64,000 nt of DNA from Candidatus Gastranaerophilales bacterium (GTDB taxonomy: Bacteria; Cyanobacteriota; Vampirovibrionia; Gastranaerophilales; Gastranaerophilaceae): contig CALVAO010000002.1 of assembly GCA_944325515.1 (NCBI GenBank), positions 149,091 through 213,090 on the forward strand, in the 5' to 3' direction. Position 1 is the first letter of the stretch; every line of letters starts with the position of its first letter. Below are positions 57,201 to 64,000 of this stretch, one piece after another. The notes beneath the pieces were generated by a model. It was given only the letters and a program-made list of their open reading frames with translations, had not been told where the DNA came from and did not search any database. The translations under genes were made by a program, and so were the position numbers.

Positions 57201-58969
57201 CAAGGAATTTCAGAGAAAGAATTAAAAACATGTGCCCGAATACTAACAGGCTTCCTAATATAAGTACAATTCACGGACTTGCTCTAAAAATAATAAAAGA
57301 AAACTCCAATTTCGAAAGATTAAATCTCTCCTCCGATTTTGATATTTGCGATGACACGCAGAGAATGCGGATTATAAAAGCGGTTGGAGGAAAATCTACA
57401 AAGACCGAGGTTGAAGAGTTTGACAGAGCCATATCTGTTTTAAAACTGCAGGAAGGAAATATTGATACAAAATCAAGCGACAAAAAGACAGAAAAATTTA
57501 AGACATTCTATAAAGAATATCAAGCTGAACTTAGAGAAGCAAATTTGATTGATTATGATGATATTTTAATCATGTCGGTTAAGCTGCTTGAGAATAATCC
57601 CGATATTCTTAAATATTACCAAAATCAATGCGAATATATTATAGAAGATGAAGCTCAGGATTCATCAGGCGTACAGCAAAGATTAATCGGTCTTTTGAGC
57701 GGAAAACATAAAAACTTAATCCGCTGCGGAGATATTAATCAAGCAATTACGACAACTTTTTCAAACGCTGATGTGGAAGGGTTTAGAGCTTTTATTCATA
57801 ATGCCGATAAAACCGTAGAGATGAACCATTCCCAGAGATGCACGCAGGAGGTTATGGATTTAGCGAACAAGCTTGTTGATTTCGGAGATAAAAATCTTCC
57901 AAAAGCTTTCTTTAAAAGTTATATGCACGGAGTAAGCGGAAAGAATCCGGAAAGTAAGAATGCAATTTATTCCCGTGTTTTTGAGAATGTCTTTGCGGAA
58001 AGAAATTTTGTATTAAAAGAAATAAAAAATATTCTTACAAAAAATAAAGATGCAACTATCGGAATACTTTTAAGGAATAATTATCAAGTTAACAGCTGGG
58101 CAGAATTTATCAACAACGCCGGATTAAAAAGTATTACAAGAAATGATTCTTTAAGCCAGAAAGGTGTTTTTAATACGATTTTTTCTATTCTTAAATTTAT
58201 TCAAAATCCGTATGATAATGAAGTTTTAATATCAACTTATGAAACTCTTTCTGATTTAGGTTTTTATAAACAGCGCTTGCAGCTCGAAATAAGAGCATCC
58301 GAAATTCCGTTTATTCAAAAAGACGGAGATGATATTGAATCACAAGATTTATCGCAATTTTTGTGGGATATGCAGTACTGGCTTAATTCTTCTACGCTTC
58401 CTTTAGAAGAACTTGTTATAAAAATAGGATTATTTTATTATACCAGCGACATTGAAAAATCAAATGTTTATTTAATCGCAACACTTGTACAACGGCTGAA
58501 TGCGCAGGGGAAATTTGATCTCACGCTCCAGCGTCTGGAAGAATTATCTAAAAAGCCGACTTTGAGCGGATTTAAATTTTTCTCGGATGAAGAAGATAAA
58601 GACGCCATGCGCGGTAAAGTACAGATAATGACACTCCACAAATCCAAAGGCGATGAGTTTGAATATGTATTTTTGCCGGAGATGGCAGAAAAAAATCTTT
58701 CAATAGATGTTGATAAGTCAAAATTAAAACCTTCTTCAATATTTATGGAAGAAGTAAAATCATTTAATCCAAATTATAAACGCAAATCAGAGCTCGAACT
58801 CAAGCAATTTAACTCGGAGGAGAGCTTGAGACTCTTATATGTTGCAATTACACGTGCACAAAAGAAATTATATATAACGACTTCCGCAAAAGCAAAAGGC
58901 TGGAGTAACAAAGAAACAACTCAAGAGCCAAGCATAATTTTTAATAATATATTACGGCAGGATATTTAA
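54239..58969 (+). CDS. two-module UvrD/Rep-family helicase (degenerate N-terminal module plus active C-terminal module) carrying a 918-bp in-frame repeat/DUF559 insertion
   Basis: Module 1 has ILVLVQNSTLKKQF and LLVDDADEMTP but no Walker A. Module 2 has AVPGAGKTT, YIIEDEAQD, IRCGDINQAI, NHSQRC, IMTLHKSKGDEFEYVFLP and LLYVAITRAQKKLYIT. It is a single open frame of 1576 codons. Confidence 0.75.
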   Translation: MLLNFIKVDFRTKVLVEKYLELISDGVKPSEILVLVQNSTLKKQFVNKILENIKINAIEKLNVHSFFSIVYNTLVDNWCFIENSIPGDKRFILPNLVGLEVSQFLLKDILKQVPVKGYNSKKSLLHQIFRRYALIVQNHLTNEDVKERSKILKESFADDAEIVIKRLLGVTLKSRSLDYLRQTLIFNYVYKNTDYFKNIKYLLVDDADEMTPVCFDFITYLRPQLKDWVICFDSLGSSRCGYLSADTSIEYKLKKLFNEEVISQQAQNYPPLVGADLRTDWGKYESPDSERMEPAKPYRLEGDTPGAWSKSKTGSKSLISGRGLNEYGVSAPNKQENCWEYGISSQIKDLTPPPNPLPQGAGGCARMIKAKHFYTQEALNYSKELRQNQTPAEEILWYYLRKKQLGGLKFRRQEAFGNYILDFVCYEKKLVIELDGGGHLETEQTEHDKSRDKFIMNNGFRVLRVFNNDVFNNIEGVIEEILRLIEQSPLLQQAQNYPPLVGGSKSLISGRGLNECGVSTPNKKEYCWELGTSSQTNDLTPPPSPLPQGAGECARFEADTQRDGGCAQEFLFFKQGEIIFSNILENKKERLENFTLTSLSKRAEILDYTVEKIQNLFKKDVLPKDIAIITPLQDDMLHFALKENLKCNLLFLSGSEKLVDNPLVKSSLNILKLMLNLEITEMDLRVILADFAGIPLKYCNKILEYYKLNKTLPAESEFYSEKYKKFHDAFENVRNKNEKLSKKVFDMFYSGIDFVEENKINKFNFFIKQLKDFENVLGWEKVIERAEDIIVQIENSIIAENPSTTLEISDSDLVVATPQKIIDNKISTRYQFWLDVSHSDWVKTDTGPLYNAWVMQADWTKDEYTVEDDIFLSKQKTARILRKLLLLAGEHIWACSSLFDPSGVENLGGIEEYLAGGGDEPVEEKKSFRIIPRDDQKPVLDYRKGSMAISAVPGAGKTTILLALIIKLMDRGVNPENIYVLTYMDSAARNFRERIKNMCPNTNRLPNISTIHGLALKIIKENSNFERLNLSSDFDICDDTQRMRIIKAVGGKSTKTEVEEFDRAISVLKLQEGNIDTKSSDKKTEKFKTFYKEYQAELREANLIDYDDILIMSVKLLENNPDILKYYQNQCEYIIEDEAQDSSGVQQRLIGLLSGKHKNLIRCGDINQAITTTFSNADVEGFRAFIHNADKTVEMNHSQRCTQEVMDLANKLVDFGDKNLPKAFFKSYMHGVSGKNPESKNAIYSRVFENVFAERNFVLKEIKNILTKNKDATIGILLRNNYQVNSWAEFINNAGLKSITRNDSLSQKGVFNTIFSILKFIQNPYDNEVLISTYETLSDLGFYKQRLQLEIRASEIPFIQKDGDDIESQDLSQFLWDMQYWLNSSTLPLEELVIKIGLFYYTSDIEKSNVYLIATLVQRLNAQGKFDLTLQRLEELSKKPTLSGFKFFSDEEDKDAMRGKVQIMTLHKSKGDEFEYVFLPEMAEKNLSIDVDKSKLKPSSIFMEEVKSFNPNYKRKSELELKQFNSEESLRLLYVAITRAQKKLYITTSAKAKGWSNKETTQEPSIIFNNILRQDI
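55028..55336 (+). repeat. palindromic repeat unit L (192 bp plus 117-bp nested insert)
   Basis: Aligns with unit R end to end (caacaagcgca ... atgcgcaaga) apart from the nested block. Translated as QQAQNYPPLVG...DLTPPPNPLPQGAGGCAR. Confidence 0.8.
55062..55178 (+). repeat. nested 117-bp mini-element with 8-bp terminal inverted repeats
   Basis: Present in L and absent from R. Its ends are ggagcGGATTTGC ... ggagcaaatcc. Boundaries are ambiguous by 1-2 nt. Confidence 0.65.
55337..55711 (+). other. DUF559 (PF04480-type, Vsr-like) endonuclease module with its own ATG but no stop, in frame with the host helicase
   Basis: ELRQNQTPAEEILWYYLRKKQLGGLKFRRQEAFGNYILDFVCYEKKLVIELDGGGH...D..RD.F....GFRVLRVFNNDV matches the DUF559 consensus closely. 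Confidence 0.8.
55712..55903 (+). repeat. palindromic repeat unit R (192 bp)
   Basis: About 15 substitutions relative to unit L, concentrated in the centre. The ends ccccttgtgggaggg and ccctcccacaagggg are reverse complements. Confidence 0.8.
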
Positions 58970-59017
58970 TAAAATTTTCGTTTCAATCAAGAGAAATATC
59001 TACTAAAGAACGGTCTG

Positions 59018-61003
59018 TTAGTTTACCATTTCTCTTAATTTTTTTAACTGGTCACGGATTTCTGCTGCACGCTCAAAGTCAAGAATTTTAGCGGCTTTAT
59101 GCATATCTTTTTCAAGTTTTGTAATCAGTTTCGGTAAATCTTTCTTTTCAATGCCGAGGTCTACCATTTCTTCGGCAACAATATCTTCAAAATCCCTGTA
59201 ACTTGCAACAAGAGAAAGAAGGTTATTTTCAATCGGTTTTTTAATTGTTTGAGGAATAATTCCGTATTTTTTGTTGTGTGCAAGCTGAATTTCCCGACGC
59301 CTGTTAGTTTCATCAATTGCGCGCTGCATGGAATCAGTAATCTTGTCCGCGTACATGATAACTTCACCGCATGCATTACGAGCAGCACGCCCGATTGTCT
59401 GGATTAAACTTGTATCTGAACGCAAAAATCCTTCTTTATCCGCATCCATAATTGCAACGAGAGAAACCTCCGGTATATCCAACCCTTCTCTCAACAGATT
59501 AACTCCGATTAAAACATCAAATTCACCCAATCTTAAATCCCGCAAAATTTCCACACGCTCGATTGACTTAATACCGCTGTGCAGATATCTTACGCGAATG
59601 CCTTCCTGCAGGAAGAAATCACATAAATCTTCCGCCATCCGCTTGGTAAGAGTTGTAATTAAAACGCGTTCTTCTTTTTTAGCTCTCTTTTCAATTTCCG
59701 CTTTTAAATCCGGAATTTGAGTTTCTATAGGGCGAACGCTAATTTTGGGATCTACAAGACCTGTCGGGCGGATTATCTGTTCAACAAGCTGTTGTGAAGT
59801 TTGTTTTTCAAAATCGCCGGGTGTTGCAGAAATATAAATTTTCTGTCCCACTTTTGCAAAAAATTCCTCACTCTTCAGCGGTCTGTTGTCTTTTGCACAC
59901 GGAAGCCTGAACCCGAATTCTACAAGTGTGTTTTTTCTTGAAGCATCACCATGGTACATGCCGTTTAGCTGCGGAAGTGTAACATGAGATTCGTCAATTA
60001 CGGTTAAAAAATCACCTCTAAAATAGTCCAGAAGTGTTGCAGGGGCTGAGCCTACCGGACGTCTTTCAATTATTCTTGAATAATTCTCTATGCCGGAACA
60101 GTATCCCATCTCTTTAATCATTTCAATATCATACTTAACTCTCTGCTGAAGTCTTTGTGATTCAAGAATTTTGTTCTGACTTTCCAGTTCCGCAACACGA
60201 TTTTTGAGTTCGGTTCTTATCATTTGTATAGTTTCATCTTCGTTTTCATCATAAGCTATATAATGAACTGCGGGATATATCATAACACTTTCCGGAGCTT
60301 CTAGAATTTCTCCTGTCAAGTTATCAATTCTTACAATTTTTTCAATTTCATCACCAAAGAAATAAATTCTTGTAATAATTTTTTCATAAGCAGGCATAAT
60401 TTCCAGAATATCGCCGCGCGCCCTAAATGTAGAGCGTTCTAAAACTAAATCATTTCTCGTATATTGAGTCATAACAAGATGTTTAATTAAATCGGCTCTA
60501 TCCAGAGTATCACCAACAGCTATTTTAATTGTTCCTTTAAAATAGCTTTCCGGTAATCCTAAACCATATATGCAGCTTACGGAAGCCACTATTATTACGT
60601 CATTCCTTTCATACAAACTTCTTGTTGTATTGTGTCTTAAGCGGTCAATTTCTTCATTAATACTTGCAGATTTTTCAATATAAGTATCGGTTCTCGGAAT
60701 ATAAGCTTCCGGCTGATAATAATCATAATAAGATATAAAATATTCTACTGCATTATTCGGGAACAGTTCTTTAAATTCATTATAGAGCTGAGCGGCAAGA
60801 GTCTTATTATGCGCAATAATCAATGTGGGTTTTTGTATCTGCTCAATAACATTTGCGATAGTAAATGTTTTTCCGGAGCCTGTAATCCCGAGAAGCGTTT
60901 GGGAATCGTCGCCAGCTTTGAGTCCTTCTACCAGTTCTTGTATGGCTTTCGGCTGGTCGCCTGCAGGTTTGTATTTAGAAACAATTTCAAATTTTTTGTT
61001 CAT
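59018..61003 (-). CDS. uvrB: excinuclease ABC subunit B
   Basis: YKPAGDQP, GITGSGKTFT, DESH, beta-hairpin region and C-terminal UVR domain (FERAAEIRDQL). Confidence 0.93.
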   Translation of the reverse strand: MNKKFEIVSKYKPAGDQPKAIQELVEGLKAGDDSQTLLGITGSGKTFTIANVIEQIQKPTLIIAHNKTLAAQLYNEFKELFPNNAVEYFISYYDYYQPEAYIPRTDTYIEKSASINEEIDRLRHNTTRSLYERNDVIIVASVSCIYGLGLPESYFKGTIKIAVGDTLDRADLIKHLVMTQYTRNDLVLERSTFRARGDILEIMPAYEKIITRIYFFGDEIEKIVRIDNLTGEILEAPESVMIYPAVHYIAYDENEDETIQMIRTELKNRVAELESQNKILESQRLQQRVKYDIEMIKEMGYCSGIENYSRIIERRPVGSAPATLLDYFRGDFLTVIDESHVTLPQLNGMYHGDASRKNTLVEFGFRLPCAKDNRPLKSEEFFAKVGQKIYISATPGDFEKQTSQQLVEQIIRPTGLVDPKISVRPIETQIPDLKAEIEKRAKKEERVLITTLTKRMAEDLCDFFLQEGIRVRYLHSGIKSIERVEILRDLRLGEFDVLIGVNLLREGLDIPEVSLVAIMDADKEGFLRSDTSLIQTIGRAARNACGEVIMYADKITDSMQRAIDETNRRREIQLAHNKKYGIIPQTIKKPIENNLLSLVASYRDFEDIVAEEMVDLGIEKKDLPKLITKLEKDMHKAAKILDFERAAEIRDQLKKLREMVN

Positions 61004-61170
61004 ATTTTTATTATATACCGCTTAGAAAAATATATGTAAATTCCATTCATTGTCAGCAGAATTTTATTATTGCGCCTGCCTCCTGTTTTGTAAAATTTTG
61101 TAAAAAAAGAACAAATTTTTTTATTCCCTGCTTTTAAATAAACATCAACTGCCATAATATAAGGATTACT

Positions 61171-62055
61171 ATGATAAAACCTGTTGGAATAAATATCCCT
61201 GTTTTCAAGGCTGACACACGCTCTATTGATCCAAAAACAGGTGAATATACAGACCCGTTGATGAAATGGCCTCTAAGGGGCATGGCTTTTACTAATGAAG
61301 TAGGTGAGTCACTGCGTCCGCTAATTGGAAACTATGCAACTTTAACCTGGATACCTGTACTTATGTACATCGGCGCAGATATATATGATAAGTACAAGAA
61401 TGACCAGGCTGAATATAGCCCGAACTCCAGAAGATGCTTAAAACAAGCAATCTTTCAAGGTTTAGCAAGTTTTATCCTGCCGCTTGCCGCAATAAAAGCC
61501 GGACAAAATGCCTTTTCAAATTTTGGTAAAATTACAGAGGATAAAATCACACTAAATATAAAAAAACACGTTTCAAAAACTGCCGAAGGTTTTATTGCGG
61601 ACGGAAAAATGCATGCACTGGGCGGAAAAGATAAAGAATGTAAAGAAGAATTTTTGAACAGAGTACATAACATATTGGATTTTAAAAATCGTAAAAAAAT
61701 AAAACCACATTATAAAAATGAAACCAAAGCATATATTGATAAATACGCCGAGAAAACAATAAAAGATTTAATAGAAATGCGAAAAAAAATATTAAGTCCC
61801 GATACACAATTTAAAAAAGATAAGTGGTATAAAGAGTATACCAGAGCGCTAAAACGCGGACAAACAGAAAATGTAGCCGTAAAAACAGCCTTAAGTAAAT
61901 TTCAGAAACAAAAAATGATGAATGGAAATCTAATAAAAACTTTAGGTGGATTTACAGCCTTTGGACTTTTAATACAGCCGATTGACTATTTTGTTGAACA
62001 TATACTAATGGATAAATATGTTGGTCCCAGAATCGACTCAATATATAAAAAATAA
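61171..62055 (+). CDS. hypothetical membrane-associated protein
   Basis: 294 aa with two to three hydrophobic segments and a Lys-rich centre. No family recognised. Confidence 0.45.
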   Translation: MIKPVGINIPVFKADTRSIDPKTGEYTDPLMKWPLRGMAFTNEVGESLRPLIGNYATLTWIPVLMYIGADIYDKYKNDQAEYSPNSRRCLKQAIFQGLASFILPLAAIKAGQNAFSNFGKITEDKITLNIKKHVSKTAEGFIADGKMHALGGKDKECKEEFLNRVHNILDFKNRKKIKPHYKNETKAYIDKYAEKTIKDLIEMRKKILSPDTQFKKDKWYKEYTRALKRGQTENVAVKTALSKFQKQKMMNGNLIKTLGGFTAFGLLIQPIDYFVEHILMDKYVGPRIDSIYKK

Positions 62056-62120
62056 ATAATCCTAAGGAGTTACTTCCAAAGAAGATTAAGAAGCATGAAT
62101 AAAAGTGTTACAATATAATT

Positions 62121-62274
62121 GTAAGTCGAAGGCAGCTAGTGAATTGTCGGATTTCGACGTTATAAATGATTAGGCATTGTGTGTGTGTTCGGCTTACAAC
62201 TTTAAAACCACTATCTTTTCTTCATAATAATTAGCCTTGCTCCTTTTGTCTCTCTTCCGAAAGGAGCCTTTTGC
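62121..62274 (+). ncRNA. candidate ~150-nt structured small RNA (unclassified)
   Basis: TTAAGA (62086..62091), 17-nt spacer, extended -10 TGtTACAAT (62106..62114). A 12-bp helix ttgtaagtcgaa/ttcggcttacaa has a G:U pair only on the plus strand. A terminal hairpin gctccttt/aaaggagc is followed by cttttg. Confidence 0.25.
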
Positions 62275-62285
62275 TATATATACGG

Positions 62286-63077
62286 CTAAAACCAATTGCA
62301 CAAATTTTCTCTGCACAAATCATTCTCTAAATCTTGCAGAATATTTGTTCTTGTCATTTCGTACGTAACAGGAGTGATCGAAATTTTATTGTTTCTTACA
62401 GCCGCAATATCTGTTGAAGCGTCTTCCGGCTCATTTATTAATTCTCCCGCCATCCAGTAATAGACTTTTCCTCTCGGATCAATTCTTTTTTCGTATGCAT
62501 CAGTAAACATTCTGCTTCCGAGTTCTGTTGCGGCAACCCCTCCGATATCTTCTTTTTCAAGTCCGGGGATATTAATATTCAGAATTGTCTTAGCAGGAAA
62601 TTTTTTAATATCAATTTTGTTTAATAAATCCGCAACAAATTCTGCAGAAACTTTAAAAGCTTCGTATTCCGTACTCATACTGGCAAGTGAAGTTGCAATA
62701 CTTGGATATCCCATCATAGCGCCTTCCATAGCACAGCTTACGGTTCCGGAATAGAGAATATCCGCTCCGAGATTCGGTCCGTGGTTTATGCCGGAAATAA
62801 CTAAATCCGGCAGCTCTTCTTTTGCAAGAATTGCATTAATTGCAAGTTTGACGCAGTCGCCCGGTGTTCCAGTTGTCATCCAGCATCGTTTGGCGCCGTA
62901 TTTTGCATCAACTTCTTCCACTCTTAGAGGAGTCTGAAGGGTCAAAGAATGTCCGGCAGCGCTTCTTTCTCTGTCCGGCGCCACTACATAAACTTCATGG
63001 CATGGAGAAAGTGCTTCTATAAGCGCGCGTATTCCGTTTGCTAAAATCCCGTCATCATTCGATACAAGTATTTTCAT
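62286..63077 (-). CDS. surE: 5'/3'-nucleotidase SurE
   Basis: MKILVSNDDGI N-terminus, a GINHGPN segment and SGTV..A.E. Confidence 0.9.
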   Translation of the reverse strand: MKILVSNDDGILANGIRALIEALSPCHEVYVVAPDRERSAAGHSLTLQTPLRVEEVDAKYGAKRCWMTTGTPGDCVKLAINAILAKEELPDLVISGINHGPNLGADILYSGTVSCAMEGAMMGYPSIATSLASMSTEYEAFKVSAEFVADLLNKIDIKKFPAKTILNINIPGLEKEDIGGVAATELGSRMFTDAYEKRIDPRGKVYYWMAGELINEPEDASTDIAAVRNNKISITPVTYEMTRTNILQDLENDLCRENLCNWF

Positions 63078-63410
63078 CTAAAACTCCTCTTTTGTTTAAG
63101 TTACCCGTTTATTATAGTATAATTATAAAAATTTTACAAAAATTTACAATTGTTTTCGGTACTATTTTTCAGAAAATAAGTTTTAAGAATATAAACCGTA
63201 GTATAAAACAGTTTCATAATTGCAAATTTTTAAGATAAGTTTCCTAAACCTAAAAAAAAATTCAAGAATTCTTCTTTACATTTCCTTTACAATTGCATAA
63301 AACATGGCAATTTTTATTTTGACCGGCTTTTAAATATATATCTAAGCTGATATAATCGAAAGGTAAATGGATATATAAACCCGTATTCATTTATTTTTCA
63401 CAAGAAGTAT

Positions 63411-64000
63411 ATGTGTATGATAAACAAAATTGGTGTAGACAGTACTAGCAGAATAAATAGCAATCCCCGTTTAAATAAAGACGGAAAAGATTCAAACCCG
63501 AACTTTAAAGGACTCGGGGCAGTTGCTATTGCCGGAATTCAAGCCTGCGAAAGAATGCCGATGGTAAACGTAACTGTTATTGATATGTTATCAGCAATCC
63601 TTCCGCGAACTATAGTTGAATCAATGACAAACTGGTTTGCAGGATTTGAGGCATTCAGAAGAGAATCTTCCGGTCTTGTTGTAAACTGTTTGATACCAAG
63701 CCTTGTAACATTAGGAATTGCCAAATGCATTAACCCTGCTTTTATGCCGAAGGGCGTTAACATGTCCAGATGCTGGGCTGACAGCTCGCTGGTTGATAAA
63801 GCTGCAGAATATTATAAAAAAGCTACTTCTGAGGATAAAGTTATGGAATCTATGAAAAATATCCTCGGAAATATTGAGGGATATGAGGGTAAAAAACATG
63901 TTGTTTTCTCTAAATCAGAAGCTTTAGGAGAAGAAGCAATAAATTCTTATGCAAAAAAACTTGCAGAACTTACCCGCTCAAACGAAAGCGACAGAGCAAT
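63411..64000 (+). CDS. hypothetical protein, N-terminal part; ORF continues beyond the right window edge
   Basis: My translation from the ATG at 63411 (or 63417: MINKIGVDSTSRINSNPRLNKDGKDSNPNFKGLGAVAIAG...) is open to base 64000. An extended -10 ctgatataat lies about 60 nt upstream. Confidence 0.55.
   Translation, partial: MCMINKIGVDSTSRINSNPRLNKDGKDSNPNFKGLGAVAIAGIQACERMPMVNVTVIDMLSAILPRTIVESMTNWFAGFEAFRRESSGLVVNCLIPSLVTLGIAKCINPAFMPKGVNMSRCWADSSLVDKAAEYYKKATSEDKVMESMKNILGNIEGYEGKKHVVFSKSEALGEEAINSYAKKLAELTRSNESDRA

Overview
AT-rich bacterial chromosome segment with about 55 protein genes, one tmRNA, one tRNA and one riboswitch. I found no rRNA, CRISPR array, transposase or integrase. All calls rest on motif and architecture recognition by eye from the ORF track and the DNA; no searches were run. 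Gene content suggests a non-photosynthetic relative of cyanobacteria (Vampirovibrionia/Melainabacteria-like): an 11-gene NDH-1 operon nuoABCDHIJKLMN without nuoEFG, a plant/cyanobacterial-type GshA, a GerMN protein and many lineage-specific small proteins. That placement is inference only. Housekeeping content: the nuo operon (1.5-11 kb), anmK, deoC, uppP, queD, rimI, bioY, ssrA, lepA, rseP, rsmA, gshA, a guanidine-I riboswitch controlling sugE/gdx, mazG, miaA, a class-II uvrA paralogue, pcrA, tRNA-Lys(CUU), uvrB and surE. The most unusual locus is a 1576-codon two-module UvrD-like helicase ORF (54239..58969). It carries a GC-rich 918-bp in-frame insertion (55028..55945) made of a complete DUF559 (Vsr-like) endonuclease module between two 192-bp palindromic, MITE-like repeat units. 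The left unit holds a further nested 117-bp mini-element. Every module length is a multiple of three and none has a stop in the host frame. An exact 14-mer from this element family recurs in a hairpin just 3' of a second helicase-nuclease gene (26881..29991; DUF4011-like N-terminus, Upf1/Dna2-like SF1 helicase, C-terminal Vsr/DUF559-like nuclease, i.e. Hhe-like). That gene lies in an accessory-looking segment between ssrA and lepA, together with two glycosyltransferase/methyltransferase genes and several hairpins and palindromes. Other items worth a second look are tandem 129-bp repeats upstream of tRNA-Lys that each carry a rearranged 5' tRNA fragment, a recurrent N-terminal signature on at least seven hypothetical proteins, an orphan HEPN protein with a degenerate catalytic motif, a C9A8 homopolymer tract and two candidate small RNAs.
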